A stretch of 62,830 bases of DNA, the filler included, from Octopus bimaculoides (lineage: Eukaryota): NCBI RefSeq assembly GCF_001194135.2. It is 6 parts of 6 records of this genome, joined end to end, with 100 filler letters (N's around TTAATTAATTAA, not from the genome) between each part and the next. Parts side by side here need not be neighbours in the genome. Positions count along the whole stretch, not along the records: positions 16,537 to 33,131 come from NC_068996.1; positions 33,232 to 40,170 come from NW_026400895.1; 4 more parts are not named here. One strand, given 5' to 3'. Under the pieces are notes generated by a model. It was not told where the DNA came from. It did no database searches and saw only the letters and a program-made list of their open reading frames with translations. Of this stretch, positions 23,651 through 34,365 are shown piece by piece; the first letter of the stretch is position 1, and each line of letters opens with the position of its first letter. Both the position numbers and the translations under genes were made by a program.

Positions 23651-24467
23651 GCGTCTAAAATGTTGGCAGTGTGTGTCTGTAATATATATNNNNNNNNNNN
23701 NNNNNNNNNNNNNNNNNNNNNNNNNNNNNNNNNNNNNNNNNNNNNNNNNNNNNNNNNNNNNNNNNNNNNNNNNNNNNNNNNNNNNNNNNNNNNNNNNNNN
23801 NNNNNNNNNNNNNNNNNNNNNNNNNNNNNNNNNNNNNNNNNNNNNNNNNNNNNNNNNNNNNNNNNNNNNNNNNNNNNNNNNNNNNNNNNNNNNNNNNNNN
23901 NNNNNNNNNNNNNNNNNNNNNNNNNNNNNNNNNNNNNNNNNNNNNNNNNNNNNNNNNNNNNNNNNNNNNNNNNNNNNNNNNNNNNNNNNNNNNNNNNNNN
24001 NNNNNNNNNNNNNNNNNNNNNNNNNNNNNNNNNNNNNNNNNNNNNNNNNNNNNNNNNNNNNNNNNNNNNNNNNNNNNNNNNNNNNNNNNNNNNNNNNNNN
24101 NNNNNNNNTATATATATATATATATATATATATATGAATTATTTATGAATTATTTGTGAATTTTTGTATGCCCGCTTCCTCGCTTTCAACACGTGCGAAT
24201 TATAAAGTGATATTTTGAAGTGGTTAGACGGACTTGGCGTCTATCTTCAGCATATAGGCATAGAAATCTCTGTGCCCTTAAGTACAATTGCATTTTATAC
24301 TATTATAATCATATATATATATATATATATGATCCTTTTATAAAAAGTTCAGAGTAATGGTCATGAAATTAATATTTTACATACGTATGCATGAATGTAC
24401 TCTCTCAAAAAAACGATATTAGTCTGTTTTATTATACGGACGCCTTATTTTCATGTACACCATCTAA

Positions 24468-24555
24468 TGTAAGTCAACTTGACAGAGCAAGTCAGGGTAG
24501 CAAAGCAAGTCAGAGTAGCAGAGCAAGTCAAGGTAGCATAGCAAGTCAACTTAGC
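24468..24555. repeat. 18-bp-period minisatellite (GCAAGTCAGGGTAGCAAA-like)
   Basis: About 4-5 imperfect units seen directly. Confidence 0.75.
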
Positions 24556-25392
24556 GGAACGCTCTTCTCCAGGTTAATTCTCAGGCTAACGAAACTTATA
24601 ATTTTTGCCGTATTGGCACTCCTTATAGGTAGGAGTTTTTTGGAGTCTCTTTCTTCTATTCCTATTCTATGGTAGCTCATTCACAGCTTAGCGATCTTAG
24701 TCATCTGATAATTAGCTGCCTTGACAAGGCACTCATGGAATATCCAGGTTCTTGCTTCACGGTATGACGCAAGGGTCAGTCTACAAGTTTCGTCCCATCT
24801 TATCCACTCAAGATGCCATTCAGTATGTATTTATTCTTAACTATTGCTTCAGTCTGCTGACAAATGTTGTAACTTAATCAAAAACTTTAAGCAGAGCTGA
24901 TCATGATTTACTCAAATTTTTTCTAGTATTATAAATGGTGATTTGCTAATGTAAGCGCGGAGACTCACTTGGTTTCGTCTCAATTCTAAGAATCTAAAAC
25001 AAAGATCAGCTGCTTCTTAGCATCACCGGTAAATGTGTCCTTGTATGAGTCAATAACTCCGATAAGGCTGATATGACAAGAATGACTATGAATATAATCC
25101 AATTACGTGAAAACACTTAAACAAAACTTATTCAACTGTCATAAGACTCAGAAACGAAATCTTCAAGTAGTTTCTCTCTCGCAGATTAGTTCACTGCTAA
25201 TATTGGCTTATTAAAGATTAAGTGTTATATAGTCAAAGTAGCTAGTTACAATCCTACTTGACTTCTTTGACTGTTCTAAAGAAAGGACATGCGTGCGTGT
25301 GTATGTGTCTGTGTGTTTGTGTGTGTGAGTGTGTATGTACATACATTTACATATATATATTTATATATCACCTCCAAACCTTTAAATATATT

Positions 25393-25456
<64 letters not shown>

Positions 25457-25544
25457 TATGTATGTATGTACGTCTGTATATATATGTATGTACGTACGTA
25501 CGTATGTATGTATGTATGTGTGTATGTATGTATGTAAATCAAAT

Positions 25545-25745
25545 TTTAAACCAGGGAAAACAATAAAACTAAAAGGGACGTACACAGTGAATGTATTAGA
25601 CTGACGTTCAGAGAAAGTTTAAGATGGGAAAAAGACGGGGTGTGACGTTTCAAGCATGGCTCTTCGTCAGAAAGATGGAGGGGAGAAAAGTCCAGAAAGA
25701 AGGAAAAGACTAGTCCGAGAAAAGCACGTGTGTCGTTATATGGCA
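25545..25745 (-). mobile_element. Penelope-like repeat end (family H3)
   Basis: Homologous to 21955-22095. Contains a canonical hammerhead core on the minus strand. Confidence 0.5.
25641..25675 (-). ncRNA. Hammerhead ribozyme core with broken stem I
   Basis: Reverse complement reads TCTTT-CTGACGA-A-GAGC-CAT-GCTT-GAAAC-GTC-ACA. Only one stem I pair remains. Confidence 0.45.
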
Positions 25746-26102
25746 AGAAAATAACCGACCTGAAGTGGATAGAGATAGAGAAAGTGGTTGTTGTTTTTTT
25801 ATGCAGGAGAGTGCAGAAATAGCCAGTGTGTATATGTGTGGTTTCCTGTTGAAAGACTGGTCGGTGCTGACAGCAAAGAGACGACCTCTCCGAGGCTACT
25901 TAAGAGGTTATAAATAATACCAGCGAAGTTTGTGCAATACAATCGGGAACAAACAATAGTAGATTGTCCAGTGCTATGTGATAAATTCCATGGCATGAGG
26001 TGGCCGGTCGTATTTGTGTAATATTTATCTCGCGTCGAGCAGCATGCATGAGATAGGGAGACAAAAGAGGAATGGAAGTAGACTTCAGAAGGTGTTACTT
26101 AC

Positions 26103-26203
26103 CCTACGGACACTTAGTGACTTAGACGGAAATGGTTGCAACATCCAAGGTGCTTTGGGTGTGGAGAACCTTAGGTTGGTTAAATTGAATACTGGAGCAG
26201 GCT
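26103..26203 (-). CDS. Candidate gene 2 internal exon (PAPVFNLTNLRFSTPKAPWMLQPFPSKSLSVRR)
   Basis: AATAACAG| acceptor and strong AGG|GTAAGT donor. Phase 0 out matches the exon at 21175-21474. Confidence 0.45.
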
Positions 26204-26586
26204 CTGTTATTTCAATGATTTACAAACATTTCATCGAAATCAATCTCAAGTTCAATGTTATATCATTCAACAATATGTGCAATCTCTAATAGTTTTGTCA
26301 CCAAAAATTCCGATATAAGCCTAATCTACACCAGCTGAAACATACTTGTAGAAAAATTTCTTTCACTATCCAATTTTTTTTTAAAGAAAATTATGAAGAA
26401 AGAAATTCGGTGGGGTACACATCTACAGTTATGCCCTAAGTTTATTGAGAGAGTGAGTGCTAATAGACGAATAACAGGTATAAAGGGAAATTACATGTTA
26501 ACATATGAGAAAAATTACACAGATCGGAAATCAAATGCGTAAATAATATTTAGCGACTGGCAGAAAAATGCCCAGTGGCGAGTGTT

Positions 26587-26655
<69 letters not shown>

Positions 26656-26713
26656 CATACACACACATACATATAAGCAGCTAAGCGCAATATGAGACCA
26701 TAAAGGAAAATTC

Positions 26714-26825
26714 TAATCGTCACTAATTATGACTGAAGGTATGGAATAGCACCTGGATTTTAACACTTATTTCTCGCAATACAGGTGCTATTCAGAAACT
26801 TCAGTTACAATTAGTGACGATTAAA
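26714..26825. mobile_element. Small hairpin/MITE
   Basis: TAATCGTCACTAATT...GAATAGCACCTG is inverted to CAGGTGCTATTC...AATTAGTGACGATTA. Confidence 0.6.
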
Positions 26826-26827
26826 TA

Positions 26828-26866
<39 letters not shown>

Positions 26867-26929
26867 GTGATCATGTGATCGAATATTGATATACAACTAT
26901 CGAATATATAAAACTATCGAATATTGATA

Positions 26930-27175
26930 CACAACGCTGGTCACAATGCGCTTTGCCTCGTTTTAGCTTTCGAATGATGCCACTCTACTGGCTAGACGAG
27001 CAGGCCAGCATTCCCCTTAGTTGGAAGGCTAGTTCGTCGCACCCCATTTACTGCTAAGCGGACTGGAGCAATGTGAAATGAAGTGCTTTTCTCAAGAATA
27101 CAAACGCTCAGCGGGTCTGTGAGTCGAAACCATGATCTCGCGATTGTGAGTGCAATACGCCTAAACACTAGGATA
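26930..27175 (-). mobile_element. tRNA-derived SINE family E
   Basis: Head with GGTTTCGACTC B box and body TTCTTGAGAAAAGCACTTCATTTCACATTGCTCCAGTC. Other copies at 28170-28445 and 49485-49640. Confidence 0.7.
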
Positions 27176-28169
27176 CGCACCTTCATACACACACATACAC
27201 ACTTATGTGTCACTTACTCCTTTAAAATCTTAGTTTTTGAATACAAGTATCCTATTGAATGTCATAGCAAATTTGAACCTACGAACATACTATACTTCTA
27301 TCTATTTTTATTAATTTACAAGAAAAATTTGGAAAGTTTTATGCGTTCTTTAATGAAATTGATCTAGCAACACTATCTCAACAAAACAACGAAGACTGAC
27401 ATTTCCTAAAAGTTAAACATTATGAGTTTTTAATTGTTAAGCTCTCGTGACAACTGCCAAACATCTTGACGTAGCTTAATAGATTCCAGTCCATTTTTAT
27501 TGATGCATTTGCTGTTAAGATAACGTTACTTAAACTTCATCAAATAGCAACCATTTAAGCTGAAAGAACTTCTATTAATAATACAGTTATTCGATAAAAA
27601 AAAGAACCTTAAATATCACAACAAGCATAAGCTCACGAAAGCAACGATGTTTAATTTAGAAATCTCTCTTATTAAACTACCAACTTGCTAAACTTGTTAG
27701 CTTCAGGTCTACAGTTGCAATCCGTGAATATCAAACAGATCTCTTTCGTCTTACCTATCTATAATTGCTCTGTCACATGCAGATATTGACGTTAACATTG
27801 GTTATACATACAATTTCATGCGTAATCCAATGCCTAGGTTAGAAATACATTTTTTTATAAATTGTCAATGTCTGGTATCTTCCTGAAAGATATCCTGTTC
27901 GGGAAAAACGGCATTCGGCACGGATAAATATTGTAGTTCAAGATACCAATCCAAGAATGCTTTGAAGAGAGTATTTTTTTTTTTTCATATTGTCATACCG
28001 CTTAACCCTTAAAACATGTAGAACAATGACCAGGAAATCTCGGAGTAGATATGGAGAACACAAAGAATATCAGTGGCCTTGAAGAACTATAATTAGCAAT
28101 CAAGTGGGGTGGAAAAGACGGGCTCTGAAACTCTTAAACATAACATGATTTACGATAGGCTGGTTCATG

Positions 28170-28445
28170 GTACTGTGCGATTTAGAAATTCGTTTTGCTT
28201 CCTATGTAGTCTGTAATTCGATCCCACAGCACAATATCTTGAGTCTATTTCCTTAGTTTCTAGCTGACGAAAGCTCTGTGTATGAAATTTGGCACGATTA
28301 CTCATTTTTGCCAGCTGAGTGGACTGGAGCGACGTGAAATAAAGTGTTTTGCTCAAGAACACAACGCGTCGCCCGGTCCAGGAATCGAAACCACAATCTT
28401 ACGATCATGAGTCCAATACCCTAACCATTAAGTCACGCGCCTCCA
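28170..28445 (-). mobile_element. tRNA-derived SINE family E
   Basis: Reverse complement reads GGAGGCGCGTGACTTAATGGTTAGGGTATTGGACTCATGATCGTAAGATTGTGGTTTCGATTCCTGG. Confidence 0.75.
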
Positions 28446-28719
28446 CATGAGAAATCAATATGGACTTTTAATTACATAGAGATAATTTTTTAATATGAAA
28501 GAGATGCAATTTATTTTAAAAAAGTATCAGTGCTTTATGGGTGTATGTTTTTTTTAACAACCCTGGGAAGACAAAATGGGATAACGACCCGGAACGCATT
28601 TGAACTCGAGAAACAAAACAATGAATCAAAAAACTACTAAACAAATCATTCTCGTAGAAAATTACTATTTTTAAATCTCACGAGAGCTATTCAGTAAGAG
28701 TACTTTCTAGTAAAGATTA

Positions 28720-29017
28720 TTTGCCAACATAACATGGTAGTCCTGGTTTAGGATGAATGTTGCTGTAATTTAGCCCCAGGAGACATCGTCTCCAGCTGGC
28801 TATACGACACGATCTGTGTCCTTATATTTTTGAACAAGGGAATCTAGCACCCCCACTCAGCTCAAAACAACATCTGTATCTCGCGATTTCTGGGTTATTT
28901 CCCTTCATCAGCACAGCATTACAGCAACAGAATTACAGCACAAAACTACAGCTAAATTACAGCAACATTCGTCCTAAACCAGGACTGCCATGTTATGTTG
29001 GCAAATAGTCTTTATTA
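28720..29017. mobile_element. MITE with about 60-bp TIRs
   Basis: TAAAGATTATTTGCCAACATAACATGGTAGTCCTGGTTTAGGATGAATGTTGCTGTAATTTAGC and its inverted match at about 28950-29015. Confidence 0.75.
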
Positions 29018-29263
29018 CAAATCATTCTCGTGTTCACCACTTCTGCTAACGACATATCAATACGGAATGCTTTCTTGCTTGTCGAAATTCTGTTTGCTTC
29101 TTAAGTGTTTAATTAAATAACTAATATTTTCACAACTCCAAGGGGAATAATTTGCGTGATATTTTAGCGTGCAACACATTGGAAAAGTTAAATCTCACAT
29201 TTGCAAATAATCGAAATACTTGTCGATTATGCAGTTTCAATCTTCTGTTGCTTAAATAAAAGT

Positions 29264-29330
<67 letters not shown>

Positions 29331-29879
29331 AACCAAAGGGAATTAATATGTTTGTTCGCAATTCAGTAACTGGTCGTGATTGAATATAATCACGCGACAC
29401 TTCTGGGAGAAGACCAGTTCTAGAAACAATTCGACCTTAAGCTAATTCTTTCCCATGAGTTTTCCTATCCTGGCAGCTTTTTCATCTCATACATCAATAA
29501 AGACTAATAAGCATTTCCAATATAAAGTCAACAGTACTTGATTGATACTTTATTTTATCGACACTGCTTCGGTACAGACGACAGATAAAATCAACAACAA
29601 CAACAATAATAATAATGATAATAATAATAATATCAAAATTAAAAGAAGAGTGCCATTGTCATCTAGTGAACGATATTTCTTCTTTTAATTTTGATTCTAT
29701 ATCTTCTGGAGGAGCTACCTCAATCCTTTATATATTAACCAAAATGAAGTAGATTGACAAAATTATTTTTTGAACCTGTTGAAGACACACAAGATGTCGG
29801 AATATCGTTCACTAGATGACAATGGCACTCTTCTTTTAATTTTGACTTTATATCTTCTGGAGGAGTTACCTCAATCCTT

Positions 29880-29929
<50 letters not shown>

Positions 29930-29933
<4 letters not shown>

Positions 29934-30295
29934 GTTTCAAATTTTGCCACAAGGGTAGCCATTGGGGGGGTCGATTACATCGATCCCAGTGTTCAACCGG
30001 TACTTATTTTATCGACCCCGAAAGGATGAAAGGCAAAATCAACCTCGGCGGAATTTGAACTCCGATCGGTGCGACAAGCGAAATAGCGCTAAGTATTTCG
30101 TCCAGCGTGCTAACGATTCTGCTAGTTCACCAACTCTTTCAAATATAGACAGAATGCCTGAAATTTGGAGTGGGGTGCTAGTTAATTACATCGACACACT
30201 GTACCCCAGTGCTTTCATGCACTGGGGTACAGTGCTTTGGACTCCAAAAGATTGACAAGTAAAGTCGACTTCCACGGAATTTGAACTTAGAAAAG
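29930..30295 (-). mobile_element. Two SINE family B copies
   Basis: CGACCCCGAAAGGATGAAAGGCAAAATCAACCTCGGCGGAATTTGAACTC module. Confidence 0.75.
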
Positions 30296-30319
30296 TAAAT
30301 ACAGTTCTATATTTAAGAG

Positions 30320-30580
30320 ATGAGGGATTATGTATATTATTTACGTTATTTACATTTGACGGATATTTCTCCTCGTCTTGTTTGTTGTTAACACAACGTT
30401 TCGGCTGATACACTCTCCAGCCTTCTTCAGGTGTCTTAGGGAAATTTTGAACCTGAGTTCTCATTTCTAAGGTATTTTTCGCTGTTGTTGTTATTGTTGT
30501 TGTTATTCAGGTCACTGCCTGGAATCGAACTCGGAATCTTGGGGTTAGTAGCCTGCGCTCTTAACCACTACGCCATATAT
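30320..30580 (-). mobile_element. tRNA-headed SINE-like element carrying a hammerhead ribozyme (family H1)
   Basis: Head GGCGTAGTGGTTAAGAGCGCAGGCTACTAACCCCAAGATTCCGAGTTCGATTCC (A and B boxes), spacer, hammerhead, then an A/T-rich GTAAATAA-repeat tail. Confidence 0.7.
30390..30435 (-). ncRNA. Minimal type-I hammerhead ribozyme
   Basis: Reverse complement reads GACAC-CTGAAGA-A-GGCTG-GAGAGTGTAT-CAGCC-GAAAC-GTT-GTGTT. Stems I and II pair and the core matches CUGANGA...GAAA...GUH. Confidence 0.7.
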
Positions 30581-30618
30581 CCGTGGGCATATGACGTAGT
30601 GGTTTGAAATTGCCCCAA

Positions 30619-30664
30619 GACACCTGATGAAAGCTGGAGGGTATATCAGCCGAAACGTTGTGTT
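30619..30664 (+). ncRNA. Minimal type-I hammerhead ribozyme (inverted sister copy)
   Basis: GACAC-CTGATGA-AA-GCTG-GAGGGTATAT-CAGC-C-GAAAC-GTT-GTGTT. The G10.1 position is A in this copy. Confidence 0.65.
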
Positions 30665-30806
30665 AACAACAAACAAGATGAGGACAAATAATTGTAAATA
30701 ATGCAAATAATGTAAATAGTGTTAGAAAGTAAAGATGGACAAAATGCCTAAAAGCGTTCTGCTCGGCCTGCTAACGATTCTACCAGCTCTTTATTCCGCA
30801 GACTGC

Positions 30807-31050
30807 AAAATCATTTAGACAGAAAAAATATGAATTCTCTAGACGAGTTCAGAACAGTAGTAGAGGAGTATTTTTCGTCACGGATACGTGAATTTTGGAA
30901 GAAAGGCTTTGCGAGTCTACCAGGTACATGGAGAGTATTGTAGAAAATGAAAGAGAGTATATTTTAGTTTTAAAAAGAACTTTGTTTATCTTAATTTTGA
31001 AAAACGAAAAAAGTATTAAAAAACTGCATTATTTATAGGATGACCCAATA
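30807..31050 (+). mobile_element. Mariner 3' fragment with TIR and TA
   Basis: Near-identical to 58940-59182. Ends GGATGACCCAA-TA. Confidence 0.8.
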
Positions 31051-31067
31051 ATAATAATGTGATCAAT

Positions 31068-32127
31068 AGAACTCAGAGAGCGCAAACCTCCGCCAAGACA
31101 ACACCAACGTCCTCTCAACGATTAGCCAGAGATGATTTTTAAAATGAGAATATCTGAAATAAAGTCGACTGCTCTCACAAACGAGAATGCTAAACATGAA
31201 CCCGATCGCTCTCAAAAATTATGTAAAAAAAACGCAAAAATAATCCGGAATCCTTGTCTAGTACCTGATCGATCCCAATGGTAGTCATTGAATGTGAAAG
31301 TGGATGTGTATCCGTAATGCTGTGTGTGTGTCGTCTGCAGTGCGAACAGGGACAGCTTTATCTATGAAGGCCTTTTTTAGTCTATCCTCTGGTATAGTGT
31401 CTTTACGACCATTAAGGTCTATAGTGAAAAATTTATCCGTGCGTGAAAGAAAACGGAAAGGACTTGCATACGGTGCTGTTAACGGAGGTTTAACAACACC
31501 TTTGCGCACAAAAACTTGAATCCATGAAGTAAAGCTTCCCTCAAGGCAGAGCTAGAAATGCAATTGCCAAGTAGGTGAGAGGTTTTTAACAGGAGCGAAA
31601 TATTCAAAATTGGTAAAACTAAAAATTGTCAAGGATAAATTAAATTTATTATTGTTATTGAATATGTTACAGTTATTTAATTTCTGAACGGTTTTGCTGC
31701 CGTTTGTTTATGTAGTTTGACTTCTTTATCCATCAGTTTCTACTAAGATAGAGATGCGAGTAAAATTAATAATAGAGAAACGAAAATAAAACTTTGGAAA
31801 CAGCAATGCCGCCATAACTTACGTGGAAGCCATTAGCGTGCTTTCAAGGAAGATAATCAGAGAAAGACTTGAAAGGCAACATAAAATCGTAATACTTCAT
31901 GTAAATATAACAAATAAAGTAAATATAACAAATAATCCAGAATCTTTGTCCGGTACCAGATCGATCCCAAAATCTAATCAGTTCGGGCCAGTCACGAGTC
32001 CAAGCATCCCTGAGAGTTTCATCCGAATCCGTACAGCGGTTCTTGAGATATCTTGTCCACGGACAAACCAGCAAACAAACACGACTGAAAACAATACTTC
32101 CGCCTTCGCTTAGACGGAGGTAATAAT
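31068..32127 (+). mobile_element. Helentron/HINE-like non-autonomous element(s)
   Basis: CCTCCGCC near the 5' end (31087-31094) and a terminal hairpin CTTCCGCC-TTCGCTTA-GACGGAGG (about 32097-32120). An internal about 40-bp motif occurs at about 31250 and 31930. Confidence 0.45.
31285..31509 (-). mobile_element. Ty3/Gypsy integrase C-terminal (GPY/F) fragment
   Basis: VKPPLTAPYASPFRFLSRTDKFFTIDLNGRKDTIPEDRLKKAF resembles the L..PY.GPY.VL.R..K.F.ID.NG...T.S.DRLK pattern of Gypsy integrases. Confidence 0.7.
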
Positions 32128-32329
32128 CCTTTCTACTATAGGCACAAGGCCTGAAATTTTGGGGGAAGGGGACAGTCAATTTGATCGACCCAAGTACGCA
32201 ACTTGATCGACCCCGAAAGGACGAAAGGCGAAGTCGACCTAGGTGGAATTTGAACTCGGAACGAGAAGACAGACGAAATGCCGCTAAGCGTTTTGCCCGG
32301 CGTGCTAACGATTCTGCCCGCTCACCACC

Positions 32330-32363
<34 letters not shown>

Positions 32364-32380
32364 TAATAATAATAATAATA

Positions 32381-32419
<39 letters not shown>

Positions 32420-32585
32420 GTTTCAAAATTTGGCAAAGGGCAGCAGTTTTGGGGGAGGAGTTAAGTCGATTACATCAACCCCAGTGTTCAACTGGTACCT
32501 ATTTTATCGACCCCGAAAGGATGAAAAGTAAAGTCGACCTCGGTGGTATTTGAACTAAGAACGTAGCGACGGGTGAAATACCGCT
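32128..32585 (-). mobile_element. Two stacked SINE family B copies separated by (AAT)n
   Basis: Module seen at 32128-32330 and 32420-32585. Confidence 0.75.
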
Positions 32586-32597
32586 AATAATAATAAT

Positions 32598-32900
32598 AAC
32601 AATACGATCAAAGAGAAAGAAGAAAAACTGAACAAGTGTGATGACTTGAAGTGGAAAATACGCAGGTTGTGGGCAATGAAGAGAGTAGACGTGATACCAG
32701 TAGTAATTGGCACGCTTGGAAGTATCAACATGGCTGAAAAAGATTGGTCAAATGTAAAGATAGAGCACCTACGAAAATCATCTTTGTTTAGAACTGCAAA
32801 AGAGTTCTCAGCATGGTTCTTGAAGCATGAACAATAAACAAGAGTCACCTTAGTCTGCTGGCTGTGGACAGCTGACACTTTCCATCATAGCCAAACAAAA
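32598..32900 (+). mobile_element. R4/Dong-type non-LTR retrotransposon 3' end (restriction-like endonuclease remnant)
   Basis: KEKEEKLNKCDDLKWKIRRLWAMKRVDVIPVVIGTLG matches the K..EK..KY..L..E...LW....V.VIPVVIGALG pattern. Followed by (AAT)n. Confidence 0.65.
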
Positions 32901-32925
32901 TAAGTTGAGAGTTTCCATCAAATAA

Positions 32926-32999
<74 letters not shown>

Positions 33000-33000
<1 letters not shown>

Positions 33001-33131
33001 AGCATTACAGAAAAAGAGTTACCTGAGGCAAAAGAAAAACTAAAGCAAGACATCCTTGCCAAAGCACAAAGGATCCGCCGGTATGAGAAACGCCAACGTT
33101 TCTTTGAACAAAAAAAAAACAGTTCAAATCC
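33000..33131 (+). mobile_element. R4/Dong-type ORF fragment upstream of RT
   Basis: EKLKQDILAKAQRIRRYEKRQRFFEQ. Truncated by a scaffold join. Confidence 0.55.
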
Positions 33132-34214
33132 NNNNNNNNNNNNNNNNNNNNNNNNNNNNNNNNNNNNNNNNNNNNTTAATTAATTAANNNNNNNNNNNNN
33201 NNNNNNNNNNNNNNNNNNNNNNNNNNNNNNNAATGGTAGTCAATATGAAAGATCAACCAATGGTTGTCAGGGCCTAATATTTACGGCAAGCCAAAGATAT
33301 TTCACTGCATGCAGTTCGTAATTGTTTTCTTGATCTACATTTGTATGTCTCTGCATAAAGATGGAACTGGTGTGGCTGTGTTAGTAGTACATGTAAAATA
33401 TTACCTTCTTCATTCTTTGCAGGAACAAAATGACGATGTGATTTCTTTAGACAACGATTCATTCCTCAACAGTCTGGATAGTGCCTCGTTCACTAACCTC
33501 TGGCCCTCCACTGATAACTCCCGTCGCACCAATTTGTGACATCGGCTACGGTAACTTCACTCTTTTATTAAGCTATTTCTCACGGGTTTCCTTCTCTTTC
33601 CAGTCTGCTTCATTCACATCCAACCAATGTTGCCTTCGTTTTCAGCTTTCTTTTACAACTTTCTCCTCCCTTTCCTTCCATACGCATTCCTTTTCTCTTT
33701 CTTTATCCACCATTCACTCTCTCTCTGTTTTACTTTATTATTCTTCTCTATTTTTCAATTCAATGCTGCAAAATAATGGCAGTCATTAATTATAAGTGCT
33801 CCCACTGTTTACAGCTAAATGAGCTGGCCTGTCTGTCTTTCTGTCAGTGATGAGAAACAGTTGGCCTTCCCATCATCTGGGGTTCTTAGCCCTTATTACC
33901 CCTCTACACTGTACTCCTAAAGAATGAACACACAAATTTCATTTCGCAATTACTGGAAAGTTTCAATATATATATATTAATCATCATCATCATCATCATC
34001 ATACCATCCCTTTTTCCTTGCTTGCATGGGTTGGATTTTCTTCCCATCACCAACGCTCTCCTGTATCCAAGCAAAGTACTATTTCCCTACCAGGCATTTT
34101 CACAGAATATTAGAAATAATTGACCCTGCTTGTATAACAGACACACATTTGCAACAATCACATGATGTCAAGACAAGGAGATACAAAAGGGCAAGCACTC
34201 ACACATATATTATA

Positions 34215-34365
34215 TGATGGGCTTCTTTCAGTTTCCATCTACCAAATCCACTCTCAAAGCTTTGGTTGACCCACGCCTATCATAGAGGACACTTGGCCGA
34301 TGTGCCACAGTGTGACTGAACCTGAAGCCATGAGCTTGGGAAGCAAAATTCTTAAACCACTCAGC
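34215..34365 (-). mobile_element. Diverged SINE family A
   Basis: GGGCTTCTTTCAGTTTCC...CCAAATCCACTCTCAAAGCTTTGGTTGACC. Confidence 0.65.

Noticed and set aside
27400-29450. Additional upstream exons for gene 2
   Set aside because: Several short AG...GT blocks exist (e.g. about 29199-29250), but none gives a phase-consistent chain with good splice sites.
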